DNA from: a virus
Lineage: Duplodnaviria > Caudoviricetes
IMG/VR virus record: IMGVR_UViG_3300044617_001276
Span: 1 to 57,789 of that record
DNA length: 57,789 nucleotides
Strand: one strand, 5' to 3'
Position numbers and translations under genes: made by a program. Every line of letters starts with the position of its first letter. The stretch's first letter is position 1. Under the pieces are notes generated by a model, which had not been told where the DNA came from, made no database searches, and worked only from the letters and a program-made list of their open reading frames with translations. Shown piece after piece: positions 1-8,377 of this stretch.

Positions 1-25
1 ATAAACGGCCACCCCGACTTGCAGC
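1..25. repeat. Terminal overlap with 57765-57789 (circular assembly junction)
   Basis: ataaacggccaccccgacttgcagc versus ataaacggctaccccgacttgcagc, 24/25 identical. The ORF at 207-1 continues in frame at 57764. Confidence 0.95.
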
Positions 26-207
26 GGCGTTTGAACCGCGCGGATGAAACCTTCAATTTTAAGTTCGCGCGCGATGCGACGCTCGCCGAGCGTAATCAAT
101 CGCGGCAACTGTTCGTAAACGATCGCATCGCTTTCCGCAGTGAAGCCGCGCTCTAAATAGCGCCGGACATCCTCCAGCAAGCTGTCATAGGTCATGCTAT
201 AGCTCAT
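1..207 (-). CDS. Head-tail adaptor-like virion protein, 5' part (continues at 57764-57339)
   Basis: ATG at 207 preceded by GGAG. MSYSMTYDSLLEDVRRYLERG...QVGVAVY joins LKPDRWRD...TNWLTEYAPDLLLYATLLEAAPFLK across the junction. It lies upstream of the nozzle/ejection genes. Confidence 0.75.
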   Translation of the reverse strand, partial: MSYSMTYDSLLEDVRRYLERGFTAESDAIVYEQLPRLITLGERRIARELKIEGFIRAVQTPLQVGVAVY

Positions 208-254
208 ACTCGCTCCATCGGGTTTGCCGCTGGTTCAGCATGCACCTTTTCAAG

Positions 255-284
255 ATTATGTCTCGGGAAAGCATCTTTAGGCAA
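255..284 (-). promoter_or_regulatory. sigma70-like promoter TTGCCT-N18-CATAAT
   Basis: Intergenic and upstream of the adaptor gene. The same consensus occurs at six other intergenic sites. Confidence 0.65.
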
Positions 285-285
285 T

Positions 286-744
286 TTATAACAGTGCGCA
301 TTCGACTTTTCTGCGTCGCACCAACCCCGGCAAAACACGACCGCCGCCGCGCACCCATTTCATCAATTCAACTTTTGCGTTAGCCCAATCTTTTTCTGCA
401 ATTCTGCGACGCAGAGTGCTGGCGCGGTATCTTGGAACCCCCACGTTGTACGCAAAATCTGCCAACGCGCCCAAAACTTTCGGGTAAGCAATCAGGTGCG
501 GGGAAGCTTTCAAGACGCCTGCGACATAAGTGTTCTGCAACTCATAGAGCAACCATTCCTCAGCCGTCTCTTTGGTGATCGGTGGATCATCCATCGTCAC
601 TCGCGCGCCGCCCGGCTTATAGACTGTGCCGTAACCGATTGTCGGGTATCCAGCGGGGCAAATGTAAGGTGACAGCCGCAACCCTTCGAATGGGCGACAA
701 ATGGCAGCGGCCACTTCTACCGCTTCAGCGATTGACCCGGTCAT
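286..744 (-). CDS. Endolysin, GH24 lysozyme
   Basis: FEGLRLSPYICPAGYPTIGYG gives an E-x8-C-x5-T triad. FAYNVG and GLVRRR motifs are present. Start placed at MTGSIAE. Confidence 0.92.
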   Translation of the reverse strand: MTGSIAEAVEVAAAICRPFEGLRLSPYICPAGYPTIGYGTVYKPGGARVTMDDPPITKETAEEWLLYELQNTYVAGVLKASPHLIAYPKVLGALADFAYNVGVPRYRASTLRRRIAEKDWANAKVELMKWVRGGGRVLPGLVRRRKVECALL

Positions 745-1195
745 AAACGCGACCCACAAACCAGAAACTGATGATCATGAACATGATCGTCATGTCGTCT
801 TTTGTCCAAATGCCGATCAACACTTCTTTCCAGTTGCCGCCCTGCGCCATCGCCAACTCGAACATTGCAAACTTCACCAAGAAATAAGCAGTGACGAACA
901 GGTAGGTTATGCCCGGACGAACTAGTGCGGAGATACCGGCGATGATCTTGCCTGCTGCTGCGGCTGTTTGCCCTTGCTCTTTGAAGGCTTCTGCCATCGC
1001 GTCCATCTCAGCCATCGTCATCTGGGCTTCAGTCTGCCGCATCGCAATCTCACCCCGAACTTTGGCGAACTCCATCTCGGCATTGAGCATCGCCAATTCA
1101 TGCTTGCGCTCGTTGGCTCGGTCGAACAGCTTGAACACCTCAGGAGCCAACCTCAAGATGCCGCCAAATACACCACCTAACAGGGTCTCAAGCAT
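725..1195 (-). CDS. Holin-like membrane protein
   Basis: Hydrophobic N-terminus, a coiled coil, then two TM segments (SALVRPGITYLF...; IISFWFVGR). It is directly upstream of the lysozyme. Confidence 0.6.
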   Translation of the reverse strand: MLETLLGGVFGGILRLAPEVFKLFDRANERKHELAMLNAEMEFAKVRGEIAMRQTEAQMTMAEMDAMAEAFKEQGQTAAAAGKIIAGISALVRPGITYLFVTAYFLVKFAMFELAMAQGGNWKEVLIGIWTKDDMTIMFMIISFWFVGRVYDRVNR

Positions 1196-1197
1196 AA

Positions 1198-1308
1198 TCA
1201 ACCACCAAAAGAAACGTCTGACAGCGGCGCACCCGAAAATGTGCCATCTGCTACCACACCAGCGCCGCCGCCTGCGCTGACAAAAAACGCTAAAATGACG
1301 CCACTCAT
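1198..1308 (-). CDS. 36-aa Gly-rich small protein (MSGVILAFFVSAGGGAG...)
   Basis: Not in the ORF track. It has an ATGA overlap with the upstream stop and ends 2 nt before the holin ATG. Confidence 0.5.
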   Translation of the reverse strand: MSGVILAFFVSAGGGAGVVADGTFSGAPLSDVSFGG

Positions 1309-1574
1309 GCCATTCCCCTCATAAACACCACCGTGTCTGCATCTATAAATACCGCATTCATCATGCACCTCGGCGGAAACTCAATCACCGTAGACTTCAC
1401 TTTGCAGCCAGACCGATAACTATTCGGCACTTCGCATTGGATCGTTCCAAACTCTTCTTGATTATTGAAGAGAATCAGCGCGTCTCCTTGCGAAAATTCC
1501 CCGGCAGGAATTAACACCACCGGGGAATGCTCTATGTTCACGATCTTGTTGGCGTGTTCTTTAAGCAGCTTCAT
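1305..1574 (-). CDS. Small beta-rich protein, paralogue of the C-terminal domain of 7559-8029
   Basis: IPAGEFSQGDALILFNN...TIQC aligns with IPDATFAAGDAVIIFNN...TITC. ATGA overlap at 1571-1574. Confidence 0.65.
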   Translation of the reverse strand: MKLLKEHANKIVNIEHSPVVLIPAGEFSQGDALILFNNQEEFGTIQCEVPNSYRSGCKVKSTVIEFPPRCMMNAVFIDADTVVFMRGMA

Positions 1575-2002
1575 GTCTTCGGATACTTTGCCTTGACCGC
1601 TGCAATCTGAGCCGTCATCGCAGCCGCAGCATCGCCACCCTTCCACATCGCATCCAGCTGGTCAGCCAATGATGGATACTCAGCACGCCGCTTGGCATAG
1701 TAGTCAGGGTTGTCAGGCCGCACGACCTCGGACTTATCAATATCCACTGTCTGTGGCTCACCACCCATAGGATCAGGAATCTCCCGAGTCTTAGGTGTCA
1801 ATGCAGCCCAAGCAGCTTCTTTGGCATCAATGTCAGCATAGATTGCCGCCTCTTTGGATGCGATATAAGCCGACAGATCAACGCCCGGAGGAATAAACAA
1901 CGTCCAGTCGTACGTCTGCCCGTTATGCTCAACCTTCAGATAAGCCAGCGCACGCTCTTCGTTTGGAGCAATGTTCGATGCAACGCCTTCCAATGAAATC
2001 AT
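1571..2002 (-). CDS. Tail-fibre assembly/chaperone-like protein
   Basis: The C-terminal YYAKRRAEYPSLADQLDAMWK...IAAVKAKYPK is typical of small proteins that follow phage fibre genes. Confidence 0.6.
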   Translation of the reverse strand: MISLEGVASNIAPNEERALAYLKVEHNGQTYDWTLFIPPGVDLSAYIASKEAAIYADIDAKEAAWAALTPKTREIPDPMGGEPQTVDIDKSEVVRPDNPDYYAKRRAEYPSLADQLDAMWKGGDAAAAMTAQIAAVKAKYPKT

Positions 2003-3351
2003 TTTGTAGCCTCCAATCTAAAGTTCTTGCCCGGATGCTGCCCAGTCGGCGGCAGTATCTGGATGTCTTTGAATCCTACATGGGCGCATAAGTCACGCAG
2101 AGAATCCGGCGTGTAACCCCACAGATGAGGAGACAACGCGCCGCCCTTTTCAGTCTCAGGCGTAATCCTGTCCACATGCGCCCCAAAAATACACATCGCC
2201 GTCATGTGCTGCTCAGCTCCCACTTGCATCAGGTAATCCTTGCAAAGCGCTGCCAAGTCAGGCGTCTCCAGCACCAACTTGCCGCCCTCTTTCAAGGTCT
2301 TGTACCAGTTGGTCAGGATGCCGGGAACACGGTGCTGCGGGAAATGCTCGATCACATGACTACCAAATATCTCATCTGCACAGCCCTCCGGCAGATCAAG
2401 CTCCATGATGTCCATCTTAATATCAGTGTCGCTGTGCATATCGACACCCATATAACCTTCCAACCGATCACGACCGCAGCCCATGTTGAAGCGGATAGGC
2501 TGGCCTTCCTCCTGCATCTGAGCAAGGATTGCCGCATACCCAGCACCGGGGCCAGTGCCTTTAGGCAGACGATCAGCCCAGCGCCGATCAATAAACTCTT
2601 TGTCATCCAGCGTCAGCGGTCTGGTGGGCGGGATGTTGGTGTAGTAGTTCTTCAAATCCACCGACGGATGCGCCGTATACATACCTGTCGCCAAGTCCAT
2701 GTGCAGACACTGAACGTCCGTGTTGACTAGCAGCTTTGTGCCGCGTTTGTGCAAACGATGAACAAAGAAGTTGTCCTCACCAATGAACGGTATCTCATCA
2801 TTGATGTTGTTGCCAATACAGCAGAAGGGCAAGTCAGGGTTTTCTGCCTTCATGTCTTGCAGGATCTTGATTGGGATCAGCATGATGTCCATGCCAGTCT
2901 GCCAAGCGTCAATGATCTGCCCCGGATCGACGTTCGGGATTGTGATCCAGTCACCCTCACGAACCATGATCATCGCGTCTGAGCACTTGATGTAGTACAC
3001 GCCTGTGATCACCGCGTCAGGATACTGCTCGGACGTGCGCATCAGCTTCTTGAATGCGTCGTAAGGAACAACCGTATCCTCACCAATAAAGAGCATGTAC
3101 TTGGCACCAGACTCCAGCGCCTGCTCTATCAGGTAGTTACGGGCAACGTCCACCTTCTCACCGCCGATATTGCAAAAGCCATGTGAGAAACCCATCAGGT
3201 CTACATGCAGACCGTCATACCCATCAAAATTCTGTGCGGCTGTTTCTTCTAAGTTGCGACGCGGTTGTGCAATCACGACGTACGGCTTAATAGTTTTAGA
3301 CTCGTCGTAGATTTCCTGCATCGTTGCGATGATTTTCTCTCGGTTGTACAC
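1999..3351 (-). CDS. Glycosyltransferase (GT-A/GT2-like) fused to class I SAM methyltransferase
   Basis: N-half: VDVARNYLIEQAL..KYMLFIGEDT and GEDNFF. C-half: FNMGCG..GVDM, SHVIEHF, LKEGGKLVLETPD. Confidence 0.8.
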   Translation of the reverse strand: MYNREKIIATMQEIYDESKTIKPYVVIAQPRRNLEETAAQNFDGYDGLHVDLMGFSHGFCNIGGEKVDVARNYLIEQALESGAKYMLFIGEDTVVPYDAFKKLMRTSEQYPDAVITGVYYIKCSDAMIMVREGDWITIPNVDPGQIIDAWQTGMDIMLIPIKILQDMKAENPDLPFCCIGNNINDEIPFIGEDNFFVHRLHKRGTKLLVNTDVQCLHMDLATGMYTAHPSVDLKNYYTNIPPTRPLTLDDKEFIDRRWADRLPKGTGPGAGYAAILAQMQEEGQPIRFNMGCGRDRLEGYMGVDMHSDTDIKMDIMELDLPEGCADEIFGSHVIEHFPQHRVPGILTNWYKTLKEGGKLVLETPDLAALCKDYLMQVGAEQHMTAMCIFGAHVDRITPETEKGGALSPHLWGYTPDSLRDLCAHVGFKDIQILPPTGQHPGKNFRLEATK

Positions 3352-3372
3352 ACTCTCTCCTTTGTGTGGTGG

Positions 3373-4755
3373 TTAAAATTTATTGAAGAACGGCGATAGG
3401 GCGTAGCCTATATTTCTTGTTGTTCCGGTGGATATTTTTTCGCCTCTAACTGCACCATACGGTATAAAAACTATTGAACCGTCTTGAGCCAAAACTCCAC
3501 CAGAGTATCTGCCACCAATAGCAGTATTTATTAAGGCATACGTAGATACAACTCCTGTTGCTGATATTTTTTGACCTCTATCAGCATCATGTGGAACAAA
3601 GTGTATATCTCCATTTGGAGCTAATATGCCACCTTGATAAGCTGTTCCTGTTGTGTAAACTAAAGAGTAAGTCGAAACAACGCCAGTCACTGATATTTTT
3701 TGTCCTCTGTTTGCGCTGTCTGGAACAAAATGTATATCTCCGTTTGGAGCAAGAACGCCCCCAGCATATGGACCAGCCGTATTAACTAAAGAATAAGTTG
3801 AAACAACGCCCGCTGCTGAGATTTTTTGTCCAACAGGTGCATTGTGCGGAACAAAATGTATGTCTCCGTTAGGCGCTAATACGCCGCCCCAATACGCACT
3901 AGCTTGCGTGCGAACTAAGGAATAAGTAGATACTACTCCAGCGGATGATACTTTTTGACCAACCGCTGCATTCCAAGGCACAAAATGAATGTCGCCGTTT
4001 GGCGCGAGCACGCCACCCCTGTATTTGCTGCCGCCAGCCGTATAAACTAATGAGTAAGTAGAAACAACGCCAGAAGCGTCTACCTTCTGACCTCTAAGAG
4101 CATCGTATGGAACAAAATGTATATCACCATTAGATGCTAATACACCGCCATAAGCGTTCAAGCCGGATGTTGTATAAACTAATGAGTAGGTAGATACAAC
4201 GCCAGTCGCTGAGATTTTTTGCCCACGAACCGCCTTTATGGGAACAAAATGAATGTCCCCGTTAGGCGCAAGCACCCCGCCAGAATAAGCGTCTGCTATT
4301 GTGTAAACCAAGCTAAACGTACTCACCGCCCCTGCCGTATTGTTATTGTTGTACGGCACACCGTTGATGACTGTCCGGTCTAGCTCTTTCTTCAGGTTTG
4401 TCCACGCCACCAGATCAGTGCCTACCTGACTGGTATCCCCCTGCGGTACTGTTCCTTCTGTCGCGTCGGCGGGATAAGTACAAAACACATCCTTAGTGCC
4501 TGCTGCCCAATCTACTTTATTGTTGCTGTTGGAAGACTCAAAGACTGTATCCCGCGATAAGGTTGTGCCGCTAGACGTATAAGTACCAATCCCTATTTCC
4601 CAAGCAGTGCCGTTAGTAATGCAGTAGTAAGTTTGGTTGGCGTTGCCAATGACTGAGAAGTCTTGGAATCCTGCTACCGCCGCGCCGAGCGTGAACGTGC
4701 CAGTACCAGTCGTTGTGCTTGTTACTTTTACTCTATCTTTAACGACATAAGTCAT
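3373..4755 (-). CDS. Putative receptor-binding protein 3: virion-attachment N-domain plus 7-repeat beta-propeller
   Basis: N-terminal DRVKVTSTTTGTGTFTLG. Seven ~42-aa repeats GGVLAPNGDIHFVP....GQKIS..GVVSTYSLV. Ends FNKF. Confidence 0.75.
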   Translation of the reverse strand: MTYVVKDRVKVTSTTTGTGTFTLGAAVAGFQDFSVIGNANQTYYCITNGTAWEIGIGTYTSSGTTLSRDTVFESSNSNNKVDWAAGTKDVFCTYPADATEGTVPQGDTSQVGTDLVAWTNLKKELDRTVINGVPYNNNNTAGAVSTFSLVYTIADAYSGGVLAPNGDIHFVPIKAVRGQKISATGVVSTYSLVYTTSGLNAYGGVLASNGDIHFVPYDALRGQKVDASGVVSTYSLVYTAGGSKYRGGVLAPNGDIHFVPWNAAVGQKVSSAGVVSTYSLVRTQASAYWGGVLAPNGDIHFVPHNAPVGQKISAAGVVSTYSLVNTAGPYAGGVLAPNGDIHFVPDSANRGQKISVTGVVSTYSLVYTTGTAYQGGILAPNGDIHFVPHDADRGQKISATGVVSTYALINTAIGGRYSGGVLAQDGSIVFIPYGAVRGEKISTGTTRNIGYALSPFFNKF

Positions 4756-4765
4756 GGCGTAATCC

Positions 4766-6160
4766 TTAGAACTTGTTCAGGTATGAGCTTAGGCAGGTGT
4801 CAAGGCCGAAGGGTATGGCGGGGTTGGTGGAGATTTTTTGGCCCCTTACTCCGCTTTGAGGAATGAAGTAAATTTCTCCAGTAGGTGATAACACTCCACC
4901 CCTAGAATTTGGATTTGATTGAACTAATGTGTAGGTAGACACAACGCCTGTCAAATAATTAATTTTTTGACCTCTTGCCGCATTACTTCCCGGAACAAAA
5001 TGTATATCGCCGTTAGGAGCTAACACGCCGCCAACATAATTTGTATATTGTTCAATTATAGAAAATGTAGAAACAACACCTGATGTTGAAATTTTTTGTC
5101 CAACAGGGGCTGACTCAAAAGGGACAAAATAAATTTCGCCATTTGCGGCAAGAACGCCCCCGATGTTTACCTTACCATCAATAAATGTATAAGCTAATGA
5201 ATACGTAGACACAACACCTGCTGCTGATACTTTTTGCCCTCTGCGAGAGCTATATGGAACAAAATGAATATCTCCATTAGGAGCGAGAACCCCGCCAATA
5301 TATGCGCCTTGAGCGCGATCCGATGTATATACCAATGAATAAGTAGATACCACTCCAGCGGCAGAAACTTTTTGCCCAACCGCTGCAAAATATGGAACAA
5401 AATGTACGTCTCCGTTAGGAGCTAACACGCCGCCAGCATAAGCTGTTGCTGTTGTATAAACCAATGAGTATGTAGACACAACCCCAGAAGCATTTATTTT
5501 TTGCCCTCTATTCGCACCGTGAGGAACAAAATGTATATCTCCATTTGATGCTAATACGCCACCAATATAATTGCCAGCCGTATATACAAGAGAATAAGTT
5601 GATACTGTTCCAGTAAGATAATTAATTTTTTGGCCTACAACTGCACCATAAGGCACAAAATGTATATCCCCATTGGGGGCTAAAACACCCCCCCAATAAT
5701 CTCCTACTGTATTTACTACGCTATACGTACTAACTATCCCTGCAACACCGTTATTCCTAAACGTCACCCCAGCGTTGATGCTCTGGTACAGGTTCTTCTG
5801 GAAGTTGTCAAACGCTACGCCATCCGTGCCAATAGAACTGTTGTCCCCTGTCGGCGCTGATCCCTGTGTGTTCTCTGCTGGTTGCGGTACGTAGACATCT
5901 TTCGACCCCGCCGCAAAGTCAATCACCGATCCGGTAGACGAAGCCAGCACGGTATCGCGGGATAAGGTCGTACCACTAGCGGTATACGTGCCTATTCCTA
6001 CTTCCCACTGAGTTCCACCTACGATGGTGTAATAGGTCTGATTGCCATCGCCCACGCCGGAAAAGTTCTGATAGCCAGTAGATGCTGCCCCTAGCGTGAA
6101 CGTACCTGTCCCTGTCGTGGTGCTCGTAACTTTTATGCGGTCTTTGGTAACAAACGCCAT
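4766..6160 (-). CDS. Putative receptor-binding protein 2: same architecture, 7 repeats
   Basis: Paralogue of its neighbours with seven GGVL.PNG repeats. Ends LNKF. Confidence 0.75.
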   Translation of the reverse strand: MAFVTKDRIKVTSTTTGTGTFTLGAASTGYQNFSGVGDGNQTYYTIVGGTQWEVGIGTYTASGTTLSRDTVLASSTGSVIDFAAGSKDVYVPQPAENTQGSAPTGDNSSIGTDGVAFDNFQKNLYQSINAGVTFRNNGVAGIVSTYSVVNTVGDYWGGVLAPNGDIHFVPYGAVVGQKINYLTGTVSTYSLVYTAGNYIGGVLASNGDIHFVPHGANRGQKINASGVVSTYSLVYTTATAYAGGVLAPNGDVHFVPYFAAVGQKVSAAGVVSTYSLVYTSDRAQGAYIGGVLAPNGDIHFVPYSSRRGQKVSAAGVVSTYSLAYTFIDGKVNIGGVLAANGEIYFVPFESAPVGQKISTSGVVSTFSIIEQYTNYVGGVLAPNGDIHFVPGSNAARGQKINYLTGVVSTYTLVQSNPNSRGGVLSPTGEIYFIPQSGVRGQKISTNPAIPFGLDTCLSSYLNKF

Positions 6161-6170
6161 GACAATAATC

Positions 6171-7559
6171 CTAGAACTTGTTCAGGAAAGAACTGAGGCA
6201 GATGCCGGGGCCGAGCGGGGAGCCGGGGTTGGTAGAGATTTTTTGAACTGGTTGATTGGTATTACTATCAAATGTAGGAAGAAAATAAATTTCTCCGTTT
6301 GGCGTTAAAACACCACCGGCATAAGCACCGACTGTCGTATAAATTAAAGAATAAGTTGATACTACGCCTGCTGCTGATACTTTTTGACCAACCGTTGCAT
6401 TTCTCGGAACAAAATGAATGTCGCCGTTAGGGGCTAACACTCCGCCACGATAACCATTTGTTAATGTATAAACTAAAGAGTATGTAGTCACTACTCCAGC
6501 AATAGATATTTTTTGACCTCGACGTTCTGGAACATAATGAATGTCACCGTTTGGTGCTAAAACACCTCCCCAAGACCCTGCTCCCGTATAAACTAAAGAA
6601 TAAGTTGATACTACGCCAGAGATCGAAATCTTTTGTCCTACGCGAGCAAAGTCAGAAATAAAATGTATATCTCCGTTTGGGGCTAAAACACCACCTCGAT
6701 ATGCTTCGCTTGTTGTATACACAAGAGAATATGTTGAAACAACACCAGCAGAAGATACTTTCTGTCCACGCACCGCCTCATTAGGAACAAAGTGTATATC
6801 TCCGTTGGGGGCAACAACACCACCTATATACGCACCATTAGAATTTGTGTAAACCAAAGAATAAGTAGAAACAACACCAGAAGCAGATATTTTTTGACCA
6901 ACCTGAGCGGCATAAGGAACAAAATGAATATCGCCATTAGGAGCTAAAACTCCGCCACTATATGTGCCTACCGTATAAACCAATGAATAAGTAGAACTAA
7001 CGCCCGTAACAGGGTTAATTTTTTGTCCTCTATTTGCTGACTTTGGAACAAAATGTATATCACCGTTTGGGGCTAAAACACCACCTTCATAAGCGGCTTG
7101 TGTTGTGTAAACCAAATTAAACGTACTTACAATCCCATTAGTTCCATTGTTCCCGAACGTAGTACCACCTGCTACACCGTTATTAAGCGCTGCTTGAAAC
7201 GCAGTCCAGCCTGAGAGATCAGTACCTATCTCACTATCATCACAGTACGGAACGCCCAAAGGCATCGCCGCAGCTGGGTAAGCACACAGCACATCTTTGG
7301 TACCGGCTGAGAAATTAACTAGCGCACCGCTATTCGATGAACCAAACACTAGCTGTCTGGATAACGTCGTACCTGAAGAGGTGTACGTACCCTTGCCTAC
7401 TTCCCACTCAGTCGTGCCTTTGATGACGTAGTAGGTTTCGTTGCCGTTGCCGATGACAGAAAAGGACTGATAGCCTGCCGCTGCAGAACCAAGGGTGATC
7501 GTCCCCGTACCTGTTGTCGTGGTAGTGGACTTGACTCTGTTTTTGAGTACGAGCGCCAT
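6171..7559 (-). CDS. Putative receptor-binding protein 1: same architecture, 7 repeats
   Basis: Start placed at MALVLKNRVK, with a TAATG overlap at 7559. Seven repeats. Ends LNKF. Confidence 0.75.
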   Translation of the reverse strand: MALVLKNRVKSTTTTTGTGTITLGSAAAGYQSFSVIGNGNETYYVIKGTTEWEVGKGTYTSSGTTLSRQLVFGSSNSGALVNFSAGTKDVLCAYPAAAMPLGVPYCDDSEIGTDLSGWTAFQAALNNGVAGGTTFGNNGTNGIVSTFNLVYTTQAAYEGGVLAPNGDIHFVPKSANRGQKINPVTGVSSTYSLVYTVGTYSGGVLAPNGDIHFVPYAAQVGQKISASGVVSTYSLVYTNSNGAYIGGVVAPNGDIHFVPNEAVRGQKVSSAGVVSTYSLVYTTSEAYRGGVLAPNGDIHFISDFARVGQKISISGVVSTYSLVYTGAGSWGGVLAPNGDIHYVPERRGQKISIAGVVTTYSLVYTLTNGYRGGVLAPNGDIHFVPRNATVGQKVSAAGVVSTYSLIYTTVGAYAGGVLTPNGEIYFLPTFDSNTNQPVQKISTNPGSPLGPGICLSSFLNKF

Positions 7560-8029
7560 TAGGTGACATTCCCTGAAACAACACAAACGGTGCCAGATAC
7601 AAACAGGATGCTTGCAATACCACGAGTCGCTAATGTCATCGTCGCCTTATCAGTGTCCGTTCCGGCAATATAAGCCGTCGTAATCGTACAAGTAATCGTA
7701 ATCCCTGCGGTCGTATTGTTGAAGATAATGACAGCATCACCTGCCGCAAACGTCGCATCAGGGATCGTAATCGAGCCGCCTGTGCCAACTTCAATAGTCT
7801 GACCAACGTCTGTGGTCAATAAGGTGTAATTGGTTGTTTTTGCAGCGCCTGAAATTGGAATGCCGGGTGCTGCCAACATCTCTACCGTTCCAGACGAATT
7901 CTCGCAGTACAACTTCATGTCTGCGATGTTCAATCCAAGTTCACCTTGCGCTAGGTTCGCAGCAGAAGGCGCGTTGCCTGCGGTGGTGCTGTGATAGAGT
8001 TGGATTGGTGTGTAACCGGTTTGTGCCAT
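7559..8029 (-). CDS. Tail-fibre adaptor-like protein
   Basis: N-terminal IQLYHSTTAGNAPSAANLAQGELGLNIADMKLY resembles fibre head-attachment (Mtd-N-like) segments. Thr-rich. Confidence 0.6.
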   Translation of the reverse strand: MAQTGYTPIQLYHSTTAGNAPSAANLAQGELGLNIADMKLYCENSSGTVEMLAAPGIPISGAAKTTNYTLLTTDVGQTIEVGTGGSITIPDATFAAGDAVIIFNNTTAGITITCTITTAYIAGTDTDKATMTLATRGIASILFVSGTVCVVSGNVT

Positions 8030-8032
8030 GAT

Positions 8033-8377
8033 TTACCTCAAATTTTCGATTTTGTACAACGTCTTCATGTAAATCGCCGCCATCTCATCGAGGATATTTT
8101 CCAATGCCGGCACATTTTTAGCGATTTTCGCTCGATTCTCAACAAGCCACAACATTTCGTCTCTCAGCACTTCTGCGATGTCCGGCACACCGTCGGGCGC
8201 TTTTTCCATTTGGCCGAACGTGCCTTGATGCGCTTCCACATATTTGTCGATGGAACCAATTATCTCTTCATAAAACTCGCCCAACGCTTCATGCTGAGAA
8301 AACGAGTTGGTTGTCCAATGGTTGGCGTGCGCGGCGTTACGCACTTTGAACACACGGGTTATTAGCTTGTCCAACAT
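8033..8377 (-). CDS. Ferritin/Dps-like four-helix protein (DUF5856-like)
   Basis: HANHW...HEALGEFYEE...DKYVE matches the Dps ferroxidase spacing H-W..H..D..E. Confidence 0.65.
   Translation of the reverse strand: MLDKLITRVFKVRNAAHANHWTTNSFSQHEALGEFYEEIIGSIDKYVEAHQGTFGQMEKAPDGVPDIAEVLRDEMLWLVENRAKIAKNVPALENILDEMAAIYMKTLYKIENLR

Noticed and set aside
3373-7150. CRISPR-like array (recurring ggaacaaaatg...tc.ccgtt.gg every ~125 nt)
   Set aside because: The repeats are degenerate and in frame within long ORFs. They are protein repeats, and no cas genes are present.
3373-7559. Diversity-generating retroelement acting on the repeated receptor-binding genes
   Set aside because: No reverse transcriptase was seen in the genome, and there is no near-identical template/variable repeat pair differing only at adenines. 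The repeats differ at many synonymous positions.
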